The notes below the pieces were generated by a model. That model was not told the DNA's origin. It saw only the letters and a program-made list of their open reading frames with translations, and did no database searches. Made by a program: the position numbers and the translations under genes. Shown one piece after another: positions 49,339-58,550 of a stretch of 64,000 nucleotides of DNA. Source of the DNA: a virus; the IMG/VR virus record IMGVR_UViG_3300042013_000045, positions 1 through 64,000 of that record. One strand, given 5' to 3'. Each line of letters opens with the position of its first letter. The stretch's first letter is position 1.

Positions 49339-50433
49339 GTGAACCTGATTATCAAACCGACCGTAGCGTGTAACTTTAAGTGCACGTTCTGTTCCAGCAC
49401 TCATCTCTCTGAAGAACCCAAAGACATCGTTGAGTTGGAGGACATCGAAGCCTTCATCAAACGTTATCCTCACACCAGCACCATCATCGTCAACGGAGGC
49501 GATCCGCTGATGATGCCTCCGTCGTACTACTACTCGATCATGGAGATCTTGGACAAGTACGAGTGTCCTGCCATTCTGTCGTTCACCAGTAACCTCTGGG
49601 CGTTCTACAAGAAGCCTGAGATGTGGGCACCTCTGTTCAAGCTTGACCGAGTAGGGGTGACCACCTCGTTCCAATACGGCGACAAACGCCTGAAGGGTGA
49701 CGGGACTGTGTTCACGGAAGAAGAGTTCATTGCTGTCAGTGATCTGTTCTTGGAGCACGTGGGTTATCGTCCGGACTTCATTGCCGTGATCGACACCGAC
49801 AACGCTCACACCGTTCTCGACACTGTACGGCTTGCTCAGCGACTGGACGTCGAAGCCAAGGTCAACTACGTCTCAGCATCCGGGCCAGAGGTGACCAAGA
49901 AAGGCATCACGATGGGCAGCATCAATCACATGTATGCTCAAGCGGATATCTACGAGCAGTACTTGTCGATCTACGATGCCGGTCTCATGAAGTGGGAATA
50001 CAACACCAAGCAGATGGTCAAGCGCCTGAACCTAGGTACCACGACCTGTCCCTTGGCGCGTCACTGTGATGAAGGCATTCGTGCACTGCAACCGGGGAAG
50101 AACTATTACTCCTGTGGCAGCTTTGGAGATGACAACGAATACCCAATCGACTTCGGCAAGGAAATGGCGGGTGAGTTCTTCACTCCACTGCGCAATGAGG
50201 AAGCGCTGCATTCCATGAAGGAGTCGTGCAATGTCTGTCCTATGTTCTCAATCTGCAATGGCTGTCGTAAGACCATCGCTGATACCAAACGCCTAGGGCT
50301 GGTTGAGCATCACTGCAAGAAGATGAAGTCCCTTGCTCCACGTATCATCGACGCCAACGGCATGACCGGCATTCTCGAGCCGACGCCGTACGAAGATGAA
50401 TCCATCCAACTGATTCCACTCATCGCAATGTAA
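49339..50433 (+). CDS. radical SAM/SPASM protein 3
   Basis: KPTVACNFKCTFC, NGGDP and C-terminal CNVCPMFSICNGC. Confidence 0.9.
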   Translation: MNLIIKPTVACNFKCTFCSSTHLSEEPKDIVELEDIEAFIKRYPHTSTIIVNGGDPLMMPPSYYYSIMEILDKYECPAILSFTSNLWAFYKKPEMWAPLFKLDRVGVTTSFQYGDKRLKGDGTVFTEEEFIAVSDLFLEHVGYRPDFIAVIDTDNAHTVLDTVRLAQRLDVEAKVNYVSASGPEVTKKGITMGSINHMYAQADIYEQYLSIYDAGLMKWEYNTKQMVKRLNLGTTTCPLARHCDEGIRALQPGKNYYSCGSFGDDNEYPIDFGKEMAGEFFTPLRNEEALHSMKESCNVCPMFSICNGCRKTIADTKRLGLVEHHCKKMKSLAPRIIDANGMTGILEPTPYEDESIQLIPLIAM

Positions 50434-50443
50434 AGAGAGCACC

Positions 50444-51370
50444 ATGAAGCCAGCAATCAATGTCTCCCTCAACGTTTCGTATTACTGTAACTTCCGGTGC
50501 TCTTTCTGTTACTTGACTGAAGAACAACTTGGTGACCGTACCAAGGTGAACCTCGAGCTGCTAGCTTCACGGATCGATGAGATCTTGGCATACTACACCA
50601 TCGAGCACGTAGACCTGTATGGCGGAGAAGTCCTGCTGTTACCCAAGGCGTATCTGCTCGGCATCAAAGAGATCCTCCATGCACGCGGTATCACCGACAT
50701 CGTGTTGATCACGAACCTCTCGCTCGTCAATGAGATCGCTAACGATCCAGACTTTGAGATCTCGGTCTCTTACGACTTCGGGGCGAGAGAGAAGGCAGAT
50801 GAAGTCCTCGGTAATATGTTCATGCTGGAGAATCGGTTCACTGTCTTGACGCTGGCCTCTCGTGCGTTCTTAGACACGGTATCGGTCGACGAGTACGTTG
50901 ACACCATGAACCTGTTAAACCGTCTCAAAACGGCTGAGATCAAGCCGTACAGCAGTAACCAAGCCAACGATCACGCAGTACAGTTTGATGAATTCGAAAA
51001 CTTCGTCTGGGCAGTGATAAACCACCCTAACCGCGAGTTCTATTTCGAGAACCGCAGTCAGGTGAAAGAAGCTGTAGAGACTGGCAACCGTAATGCCTTC
51101 AGTGACAACCACATCTACATCACTCCGACGGGCGACTTCGCCGTCCTTGAGTTCGATGGTAAGGATCGTGAGTTCTTCCTGAAGGTAGACGGGATGGCGG
51201 GCTACCGGGCGTGGTGTGATGCAGAGAAGAAGCGGGTCAATGCGAACCCGTACTGCCAAGCGTGCCCTTACAATGGCAAGTGTCTCTCTGAGCACTTAAG
51301 AGAAGTCGTGACCTTGGAACATTCCTGTAATGGGTTCAAAGGTCTACTAGACAGGTGGGCAGCACAATGA
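50444..51370 (+). CDS. radical SAM protein 4
   Basis: CNFRCSFC, YGGE and C-terminal CQACPYNGKC. Confidence 0.88.
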   Translation: MKPAINVSLNVSYYCNFRCSFCYLTEEQLGDRTKVNLELLASRIDEILAYYTIEHVDLYGGEVLLLPKAYLLGIKEILHARGITDIVLITNLSLVNEIANDPDFEISVSYDFGAREKADEVLGNMFMLENRFTVLTLASRAFLDTVSVDEYVDTMNLLNRLKTAEIKPYSSNQANDHAVQFDEFENFVWAVINHPNREFYFENRSQVKEAVETGNRNAFSDNHIYITPTGDFAVLEFDGKDREFFLKVDGMAGYRAWCDAEKKRVNANPYCQACPYNGKCLSEHLREVVTLEHSCNGFKGLLDRWAAQ

Positions 51371-52404
51371 TGGTACAACACCGGCAACGGTTGGAGATCA
51401 CCCTCGATATCTTCCGGGGGTGTAAGCACGCTTGTTCGGGGTGCATGATCGACAAGGCTATCGGCGGGGATGTGACTGACATTCCTGAACTGTTGGACTT
51501 GATCAAGGAGATGACGGCTGCGGGTTACGTGGCATTCGACTTAGGTGTGGGTCCGACGGACTACATGTCTTCAGACAACACCGCGGAAGTCATGACCAAC
51601 CCGGTCTTCAACGAGATGGCTCAACTGTTTCACCAGATAACGTTTAACGCAGCCTTTCTTGAGAAGGACTTGGAACAGTACGCTAGCATGTGTGCTGACA
51701 TCGATGAGGCAGCACCGGGTAAGGCCATTCGTTTCCTTATTCCTGCTGCCCCGACGTTCTTCAAGTCTGACAAGTTCGGCAACATGATCAAGATGAAGCT
51801 TGAGTTTATCAAGAACGCTATGAAGTCAGCGTACTTGAACGAAGCTGGCTTTGTGGTGAACTGCACTACGGAGACGGTTGGTGAGGATTTCGATGTCCGC
51901 ATGATGGATGGCTTTGAAGTAGAGTTCCCGGTGGACAAGGATGACATCCTAAACATCCCTTACGGGCGCTCTCCGAACAAAGACCTGATGCTGGCACAGA
52001 ACATCAAGCGGATCAGTCACCGCATCAGTGAGTTCTATGCCAAGTTGAACGGTATCGATGAACGTCGACGCAACCCCGACCTCCATTACGACACGGGGAC
52101 GATGGTCAACCTGCTGTACACCGGCGGTAAGTTGTATTGGGTGCCGTTCCTTAAGGATGACTGTCCGTTCATTGACGACGACTTTACGATCCCACGCCCC
52201 TGGACTATGGATAACCTGCTGGCAGTCCGTAGCAAGGCTCTGGAGAGTTCTCTGGAGTACTTGGAGGACACGCCGTGCATGAACTGCGTCTATGTCAGTA
52301 GTTGTGCTGAGAAAGGCATCACCAGCATCATGAAGAAGATGGCGATCAAAGATTGCCTAGTGGGGTTACAACATGCTTTCCCAACAGATCTCGATGTCGT
52401 TTAA
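51367..52404 (+). CDS. divergent radical SAM-like protein 5
   Basis: CKHACSGC, GPTD in place of GGE, and C-terminal CMNCVYVSSC. Confidence 0.7.
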   Translation: MMVQHRQRLEITLDIFRGCKHACSGCMIDKAIGGDVTDIPELLDLIKEMTAAGYVAFDLGVGPTDYMSSDNTAEVMTNPVFNEMAQLFHQITFNAAFLEKDLEQYASMCADIDEAAPGKAIRFLIPAAPTFFKSDKFGNMIKMKLEFIKNAMKSAYLNEAGFVVNCTTETVGEDFDVRMMDGFEVEFPVDKDDILNIPYGRSPNKDLMLAQNIKRISHRISEFYAKLNGIDERRRNPDLHYDTGTMVNLLYTGGKLYWVPFLKDDCPFIDDDFTIPRPWTMDNLLAVRSKALESSLEYLEDTPCMNCVYVSSCAEKGITSIMKKMAIKDCLVGLQHAFPTDLDVV

Positions 52405-53407
52405 CATCTCGCTCGAGGTATTGACGGGGTGTCGTTACAGTTGTGCGGGGTGTACGGTTGAGAAGAACTTTGCACCCTTGGATGTGTCCGAGAAAGACAC
52501 CGACGATCTAGTAGTTATGCTCGATGATCTGATTGCTGATGGGTATCGGTTGTTGGAGTTCCGAGTGGGGCCGACGGATATCATCTCTGCGGATAATGGG
52601 TTCCCTGCATTGAAGCATCGTTTGACGCGTGAGTTCGGCAAGCGCTACAAGGCGTTGAACTTGAACATGGCGATGCTTCACGATGAAGGCTTAGTAGAGC
52701 TGGCAGAGATCTTGGACGAAGTCATTCCTGGAAAGCTGCTCAGCGTTACTCTACCCATCACATTAAAAAATACACACAACGACAAGTACATTGGTGAATT
52801 GAAAAAAAGAGTGCTGTATTTTAAGGGACTGTTGAAGACTGTAAACTTCAACAGGATCTATCTCACTTTGAATGTGGGGGAAGAAAACCTAAAGCACTTG
52901 AGCACTGAGAGTTATGATCATGCCCATGAACTTGACTTAGGTGTCGATCTTGTAGTGGAGTTCCCGTTCGCTCATTCAAGGAAGGGGTTCGGTAACCTGC
53001 TGGTCGTGGATGAGTTCAAGGCTGATCTGGTAGAGTTCGTGGACTTCATGAAGACACGGGTTAACACAAGGGGCTTTCGTCCATTGCAACCTGCAATCTT
53101 AGAAGGTTTCGAATTCACCTATCGGGGAGGGCTTCTGTACTCTGTCCCCGTGGTCGTGGAGAGCCTTCCGATGTTCCATCCGATGTTTGTGGTGGATCGT
53201 CCGTGGACCGCCCAGAGCATCTACGCCTACAAGGAGCAACATTACTACAACAACCTCGAGACGTTCCTAGAACACCCCGAGTGTGGTGACTGCATGTTCC
53301 TAGACCATTGCGCACGTGGGGACGTCCATCGGATCATGAACTTGATCGGGACTGACAAGTGCCTGACTGATTCCAAGAATAGATGGGAATACTTCCACCC
53401 GGAGTAA
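52373..53407 (+). CDS. divergent radical SAM-like protein 6 (paralog of 5)
   Basis: CRYSCAGC, GPTD and C-terminal CGDCMFLDHC. Confidence 0.7.
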   Translation: MLSQQISMSFNISLEVLTGCRYSCAGCTVEKNFAPLDVSEKDTDDLVVMLDDLIADGYRLLEFRVGPTDIISADNGFPALKHRLTREFGKRYKALNLNMAMLHDEGLVELAEILDEVIPGKLLSVTLPITLKNTHNDKYIGELKKRVLYFKGLLKTVNFNRIYLTLNVGEENLKHLSTESYDHAHELDLGVDLVVEFPFAHSRKGFGNLLVVDEFKADLVEFVDFMKTRVNTRGFRPLQPAILEGFEFTYRGGLLYSVPVVVESLPMFHPMFVVDRPWTAQSIYAYKEQHYYNNLETFLEHPECGDCMFLDHCARGDVHRIMNLIGTDKCLTDSKNRWEYFHPE

Positions 53408-53410
53408 ACT

Positions 53411-53848
53411 ATGCTCAATCCTGATGACATCATGATCACTGACGGCGTCGAGATTCCGCACTGGTTGTTAGATGAAGCAATGTGCTTGGAGAACCGTAAG
53501 TTCATTGAGGTCGAGAACATCGTCGACTTCACATGGAACTACCTCCGTGCTTACGCTCTCAAGCACCCTCTCGTGAATAAGCCGATCCGTCCGTGTGCCA
53601 GTCACATCAACATTGGCCATCATGGGGTGACACCTCACAACCACGAACCCCATGCGTTCACCTCCGTCCTGTACTTATTGGATGCTGAGGGTGAGCTGCG
53701 GTTCTGGGATAACGTTGATCTGTCCATCACACCCAAAGAGGGACGGTTCGTTATGTTCCCTGGTCACATCACCCATTACGTCGAAGCATCCAAGCAAGCC
53801 GAACTTCGCATCTCGCTGGTAACCAACTATGAATACTACCCGACATGA
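53411..53848 (+). CDS. putative Fe(II)/2OG oxygenase (TIGR02466-like)
   Basis: PHNH...TSVLYL...MFPGHITHYV...RISL. Confidence 0.7.
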   Translation: MLNPDDIMITDGVEIPHWLLDEAMCLENRKFIEVENIVDFTWNYLRAYALKHPLVNKPIRPCASHINIGHHGVTPHNHEPHAFTSVLYLLDAEGELRFWDNVDLSITPKEGRFVMFPGHITHYVEASKQAELRISLVTNYEYYPT

Positions 53849-54275
53849 GTACAAGGATTACCAGGAGCTGTACCAACTCCTGGTGACCGACCATCCTGAT
53901 GCGTTTGCCAACATGGAGATCGTTGAAGAAGAAGAACTCGTGCACAACGCACTGAAGTACTTCGACCATGCGACCTTCCCTTTGATTTACCCGGCCAAGA
54001 GTTATGCCGTGGCGATCATCTACGCTTACAAGATCAAAGAGGTCTACGGTGTTCCTGTTCTTACTACCCTGGATGACCCGGATCTGTTCCTTGGTCAAGA
54101 CCCTTACTTCGTACCGTACTCAGCGGACAAGGCGACGTATACGGACATTATCGCTCATCTCCAGGATCGACCAAACTTCCTCAATGAAGGATGGGCACCC
54201 CAAACCGTGAAGTACTTCTACGCCGAGTGTACGGCTGAAGGGATTGAAAAGTTGCAAGAGGAGTTCTGCAAATGA
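53829..54275 (+). CDS. hypothetical protein of the radical SAM cluster
   Basis: 148 aa, overlaps both neighbours. Confidence 0.7.
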   Translation: MNTTRHEYKDYQELYQLLVTDHPDAFANMEIVEEEELVHNALKYFDHATFPLIYPAKSYAVAIIYAYKIKEVYGVPVLTTLDDPDLFLGQDPYFVPYSADKATYTDIIAHLQDRPNFLNEGWAPQTVKYFYAECTAEGIEKLQEEFCK

Positions 54276-54838
54276 ACATCATCCAGCCATGGAAGATCGA
54301 GATCGGTCATGTCAACGTCAATGGCACCCCTTGGGACATGACTGAATTCGCCACAGAAGTGTTCAACCTGAACCTGATGACCGGTGGGCAACAAGAGACC
54401 CAGGTCAGCTTGGGTTCTGGCCTCTGTCCCATCATTCTGGAGATGCGTGACACTCTCATTACGCCGCTGGTCAAAGAGTTCGCACGGAATCAGCTTGGGT
54501 ACATCCTGCGAGACGGTGAGTTCGAAGTCGAGACCAACGCCAAGTGGATTCCCAAAGGCGAAGGTCTCTATCCTCACCAGCACTCCAGTTCGATCCTGTC
54601 GGTCATTGTCTACCCACAGGACTCCAAGTCTGGGTTGAACTTCTTTGACCCTCGCACGAATGCTGGTCGTGGGTTTCCTCGTGAGATCCGTGATGAACAC
54701 TTTGCCCGTTATGCCATCTCGCCTAAAGCCGGCGATGTGTTCATCTTCCCCAGTTACCTTCAGCACAGCGTTTCGTATGTAGAAGAAGACATCCGTCTCT
54801 CGCTGTTGCATGAATACTATCCACATTCCACTCGCTGA
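54272..54838 (+). CDS. putative Fe(II)/2OG oxygenase (TIGR02466-like)
   Basis: PHQH...SVIVYP...FDPR...IFPSYLQHSV...RLSL. Confidence 0.78.
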   Translation: MNIIQPWKIEIGHVNVNGTPWDMTEFATEVFNLNLMTGGQQETQVSLGSGLCPIILEMRDTLITPLVKEFARNQLGYILRDGEFEVETNAKWIPKGEGLYPHQHSSSILSVIVYPQDSKSGLNFFDPRTNAGRGFPREIRDEHFARYAISPKAGDVFIFPSYLQHSVSYVEEDIRLSLLHEYYPHSTR

Positions 54839-54846
54839 GAGCTCTC

Positions 54847-55395
54847 ATGGAAATCATACAACCTTGGCAAGTCAAGATTGCCCGTGTCAACATCGCTGAG
54901 TTTGTAGACCTCGAAGGTCTGGCTGGCGAGATCCATCAACTGCACTGCCTGTCCCCTCGGGAGTCTGCGACGCCGTACCCAGTCACACCCGCTGAGTTCC
55001 CGCTGATCTGCGCGGCACGTGACGGTATCATCACTGACAAGGTCAGCGAATACATCGAAGAAGCCTTCGGTGTAAGTCCTCTGGGGATGGTGATCGACAC
55101 CTTTGGCAAGTGGTTCGGTAAAGGGGAAGAGCTGGGTTCTCACCTGCACGGCAACTCCAATGTGACCAGTGTGTTCTATCCGTACGAATACAGCACGGGC
55201 ATGATGCTGATGGACCCTCGCTTCAACGCACAGCGCGGTTACTCGCGTCGTGTCCGTGATACCCACTTCGGGGATTACAATGCACGGCCTAAAGCTGGCG
55301 ATCTCTGGATCGTACCGAGCTACGTGCAGCACAGCATCCCTACGGTGAAGGACGATCTGCGTATCTCCCTCATCAACGACTTCCACTTCATTTAA
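54847..55395 (+). CDS. putative Fe(II)/2OG oxygenase (paralog of the previous gene)
   Basis: SHLH...SVFYP...MDPR...VPSYVQHSI...RISL. Shares the IIQPW N-terminus. Confidence 0.78.
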   Translation: MEIIQPWQVKIARVNIAEFVDLEGLAGEIHQLHCLSPRESATPYPVTPAEFPLICAARDGIITDKVSEYIEEAFGVSPLGMVIDTFGKWFGKGEELGSHLHGNSNVTSVFYPYEYSTGMMLMDPRFNAQRGYSRRVRDTHFGDYNARPKAGDLWIVPSYVQHSIPTVKDDLRISLINDFHFI

Positions 55396-55404
55396 GGAAC
55401 GACC

Positions 55405-56052
55405 ATGTCTGAAGCAGATGAGCTTTACACTGGCGTTGACCGTGGCGAGTTCCTGATCTCCCGTCTTGCCACCGCTGACGGTGTGTTCACGGAAGTCAAT
55501 GCCCGCATCAAGAAGGTCTCGGTCTTCAACTACGGCAGTCAGTATGCGTACGCGCTACTCGGCTACCAGATCGAGTACTGGCTCAAGGATGAGAAGGCTC
55601 CGTACGACGGTGGCACTCCACGACTGTACCGTCCAGCAGGCCGTCCTGATTACACCACGTTGTACATGCGCATCAAGGTCAGCTCGACTGTCAAGATGCT
55701 GTACCTCGAAGACGCGATCATCAACGACTTCATCACCTCGAAGGCTCAGTTGAACTCGTTGTTCCTCGAGAGTTACGACGAAGCGGCTGCACAGCAAATC
55801 ACCAGCATGGGTATCTATCGCCGGGTGAAGGCTACTGACGTGGAATACAAGAACTGTTTCCACACCACACGCTATGAGTCTTCCACAACGGCACCCCTGA
55901 CGCTCACTGAGCAATGGATGTCGTACGTGGGCCGTGTCTATCTGACCGAAGGCGATGAACAGGTGCGTTACATCCGTGACAAGCCGTTCGTGAGCCTCAA
56001 GGACATGATCGACTCTTTGGTTGCTGACTTCACGGCATCCATCCCTACCTAA
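55405..56052 (+). CDS. hypothetical protein
   Basis: 215 aa with an AAGGA RBS, last gene before the endolysin. Confidence 0.7.
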   Translation: MSEADELYTGVDRGEFLISRLATADGVFTEVNARIKKVSVFNYGSQYAYALLGYQIEYWLKDEKAPYDGGTPRLYRPAGRPDYTTLYMRIKVSSTVKMLYLEDAIINDFITSKAQLNSLFLESYDEAAAQQITSMGIYRRVKATDVEYKNCFHTTRYESSTTAPLTLTEQWMSYVGRVYLTEGDEQVRYIRDKPFVSLKDMIDSLVADFTASIPT

Positions 56053-56063
56053 AAGGAGGCGGT

Positions 56064-56825
56064 ATGGCCGTCGATTTGAAACAACTGCAAGCCGACCTGA
56101 AGAACGTGGGTCTCTTGCCTGCTGAACCGGATGGCAAGTGGGGTCCAAAGTCCCACGGTGCGTTCCTTAAGGCTCGTGCTCTGGTGGCACGCTCCGATGT
56201 GTCGGTCGCCAAGATGTCCGCTCAACTGGTCAGTCTCTGTAAAGCCCCTGCATGGTCGGCTAAGCAGACTCCTCAGTTCGTCTCCCGCGTCAAAGAGATC
56301 GTAGCAGCTCTTGGGATGCCGTCTACGGGCGTTGATGACCTCATGGCATGCATCGCATGGGAATCGGGTGAGTCCTTCTCTGCGGGCATCGTGAACAAGG
56401 CTGGGTCTGGTGCTACTGGTCTGATTCAGTTCATGCCAGGCACTGCGATCGTCTACTTCAACTCGGCTGCTGAGATTGCCAAGATGTCGGAGATCCAGAA
56501 GAAGGAAGCAGGTCTGAAAGCCTGCCGTACTCTGGCCGCCATGTCCGACGTGCAGCAACTGGACTACGTCCTCAAGTACTTCCAACCGTACAAAGGCAGG
56601 TTGAAGAATCTCGGGGATTTATACATGAGCATTTTATGGCCGCTGGGTATCGGCAAAGACGACAGCTACGTGTTGTGGACTGCCGAAGGTCGTCCGACCA
56701 CGTTCCGTCAGAACTCCGGTCTCGATGTGAACAAGGATGGCGCGATTACTCGTGCTGAGTGTCTGGTCAAGGTCAATGACAAGTTGACCAAAGGTCTGCA
56801 CCCTGACTACCTGCGTGCTGCATAA
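56064..56825 (+). CDS. endolysin (peptidoglycan-binding-like N-terminus plus lytic transglycosylase)
   Basis: DGKWGPKS, catalytic WESG, GATGLIQFMP and C-terminal DVNKDGAIT. AGGAGG RBS. Confidence 0.85.
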   Translation: MAVDLKQLQADLKNVGLLPAEPDGKWGPKSHGAFLKARALVARSDVSVAKMSAQLVSLCKAPAWSAKQTPQFVSRVKEIVAALGMPSTGVDDLMACIAWESGESFSAGIVNKAGSGATGLIQFMPGTAIVYFNSAAEIAKMSEIQKKEAGLKACRTLAAMSDVQQLDYVLKYFQPYKGRLKNLGDLYMSILWPLGIGKDDSYVLWTAEGRPTTFRQNSGLDVNKDGAITRAECLVKVNDKLTKGLHPDYLRAA

Positions 56826-56876
56826 AGAAAAAAGAAAGAAGGCTACACCCACCAGCCATTGCGGCTGGTGGGTGTA
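56824..56876 (-). terminator. terminator at a convergent junction
   Basis: TACACCCACCAGCC/GGCTGGTGGGTGTA hairpin with a minus-strand T-rich tract. Confidence 0.75.
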
Positions 56877-56891
56877 TGCCGTCAGGAGGGC

Positions 56892-56984
56892 TTATTTACG
56901 GAAGCGTGACTTGGTGCTGAACGCGATATCCATGGTGATGTACCATGCTACGCCGAGCGCGCCGATGATGATGATGTTACGCAT
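56892..56984 (-). CDS. 30-aa membrane peptide MRNIIIIGALGVAWYITMDIAFSTKSRFRK
   Basis: Read manually. AGGAG RBS and one hydrophobic helix. Confidence 0.55.
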   Translation of the reverse strand: MRNIIIIGALGVAWYITMDIAFSTKSRFRK

Positions 56985-57001
56985 GGTGAATCTCCTGATG
57001 C

Positions 57002-57253
57002 TTACGAGCAGATGGATAGTTCGGGTTCTTTGAGGAAGTTGCAGACACCGTCTTCACGACGGTAAGACAGTTCCAGGTAGTTGATCTCTTGAAGCAGCAC
57101 TAACATCTCTTGGAACTCCAAGGGACCAGCGCCACTGTCACGGCGAGCATCCTGACGGAGCTTGGCGTAACGGGCTTTCTTGAGGGCGACTTGGCGTTTG
57201 ATTTCTGTTACGTGCGGATCTACAGTCATGACTTGCTCCTTTTTATTCTTCAT
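57002..57253 (-). CDS. hypothetical protein (start may be 57229)
   Basis: ORF with AAGGAG before the internal ATG. Confidence 0.55.
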   Translation of the reverse strand: MKNKKEQVMTVDPHVTEIKRQVALKKARYAKLRQDARRDSGAGPLEFQEMLVLLQEINYLELSYRREDGVCNFLKEPELSICS

Positions 57254-57287
57254 CTTTGTCTGCTAAGTAGTCGAGGTTAGAAGTTGA

Positions 57288-57779
57288 TTAGTGCTTGGTG
57301 AGTGAAGAGTCAAAGAACATGCGATCACCAACGAATGGCATGTTGTTAGCTTCAATCACCATACCCCACACGTCCAGATCTCGGAGATCCTTAACAGTGC
57401 CGTCTGGGGTAACGTAAGTACCCTTCAGGCCGATTGGTGGGACGTAAGGTTGAGCAGAGAGCCTGCCCACTGCCCATGCTGCCTTTACCATGTACGCCAT
57501 CTGTTCGTCAGCCAACGGAAGATCGTCTGGCCATACCGCGTAACGCAGTACCATGGCAGCACCGTAGAAGCGCTTGATGTCATCTTCTTCACGAGGGGCG
57601 AAGTTCATCTCCTTCACCAACATGCCCATCATCAGCTGGGCAGGGGTCAACACCGGCGAGGCGTTGTTAGGGAACAGCTCCAGTGCCACTCTCATGGCAT
57701 CGGTTTGACCACCGCAGAACATGGATTCGTAAGCGGTGCGGATAGCGAGTTGCAGGCGGATCTGGGTAAGGGTCATCAT
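57288..57779 (-). CDS. hypothetical protein
   Basis: 163 aa with a GGAG RBS. Confidence 0.65.
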   Translation of the reverse strand: MMTLTQIRLQLAIRTAYESMFCGGQTDAMRVALELFPNNASPVLTPAQLMMGMLVKEMNFAPREEDDIKRFYGAAMVLRYAVWPDDLPLADEQMAYMVKAAWAVGRLSAQPYVPPIGLKGTYVTPDGTVKDLRDLDVWGMVIEANNMPFVGDRMFFDSSLTKH

Positions 57780-57811
57780 TGGGTTGAACTCCGGGATAGA
57801 TCAAAGGTTAG

Positions 57812-58003
57812 TTATTGTGCAGCGGTGAACTTGATGCCTTGCTTTGCCAGCTCTTCTTCGACGAGGTGCGGACTCTCGAACACAGCAGCATGGACTTCGA
57901 TCAAGGGTTTGCCTTCCTTAAGCAACCTGCTGGCGACATGCAGTTTAATCAACTGCAAAGCCATTGCGTAAGGAATCTCGGGGATGGTTTGGTTCTGTTG
58001 CAT
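57812..58003 (-). CDS. hypothetical protein
   Basis: 63 aa with a GGAGG RBS. Confidence 0.65.
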   Translation of the reverse strand: MQQNQTIPEIPYAMALQLIKLHVASRLLKEGKPLIEVHAAVFESPHLVEEELAKQGIKFTAAQ

Positions 58004-58021
58004 GTTGCCTCCGATGGCAGG

Positions 58022-58357
58022 TTAGGGGTAAGTCACTTGTTGCAGGAAGTCAGGGGAACCGTCAGTCATACGGTACACACGGGCTTTGAAGCAGGTTTCT
58101 TGTTGCAGCGAATCAGTGAACTGATCGTACATCCAGAGATCGTATTCAGTTGCACTGTTGAAGTAGATGACAGCAGGCTCTATGACCCACTCACCATCCA
58201 AGGCATAGCTGTAGTACATAACTCTGTACAGTGCTTCCTTCGGCCACAAAGCGTTATCCTTGCGGATTGCTTCAAGGCAGTTGTGGTGAGTCATGACGGC
58301 TCCGTTAACTGCGTCTGGGTAAAGGGTTTTTCGACCGGTACTGTAATTGCTGGTCAT
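58022..58357 (-). CDS. hypothetical protein
   Basis: 111-aa ORF in the minus-strand run of small genes. Confidence 0.55.
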   Translation of the reverse strand: MTSNYSTGRKTLYPDAVNGAVMTHHNCLEAIRKDNALWPKEALYRVMYYSYALDGEWVIEPAVIYFNSATEYDLWMYDQFTDSLQQETCFKARVYRMTDGSPDFLQQVTYP

Positions 58358-58535
58358 GACGCCACAGACGAGCCGCTTCCGGATCAGTAGGGGTGTTATC
58401 CAGCTTTACGCGTTTGTCGCGCAGATCAGTTAGTACAGCAATGAGCGCGGTAAGATCAGCCGCATCCATGCCTTTGTACTTCTCACCGCACACGCAAACA
58501 GCGTCGTGACAGTTAGGACAATAGGTGTAAGACAT
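58305..58535 (-). CDS. small Cys-rich, putative Zn-binding protein
   Basis: CPNC...CVC motif and a GGAGG RBS. Confidence 0.55.
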   Translation of the reverse strand: MSYTYCPNCHDAVCVCGEKYKGMDAADLTALIAVLTDLRDKRVKLDNTPTDPEAARLWRHDQQLQYRSKNPLPRRS

Positions 58536-58550
58536 CTAGCCTCCGTGTAT

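Noticed and set aside
44172-56052. Island as a 7-deazaguanine or other DNA hypermodification pathway, or a cofactor pathway
   Set aside because: No recognisable QueC, QueD, FolE, DpdA, kinase or transferase genes. SPASM-like Cys clusters and a peptide-like substrate favour protein modification, but the alternative is not formally excluded.
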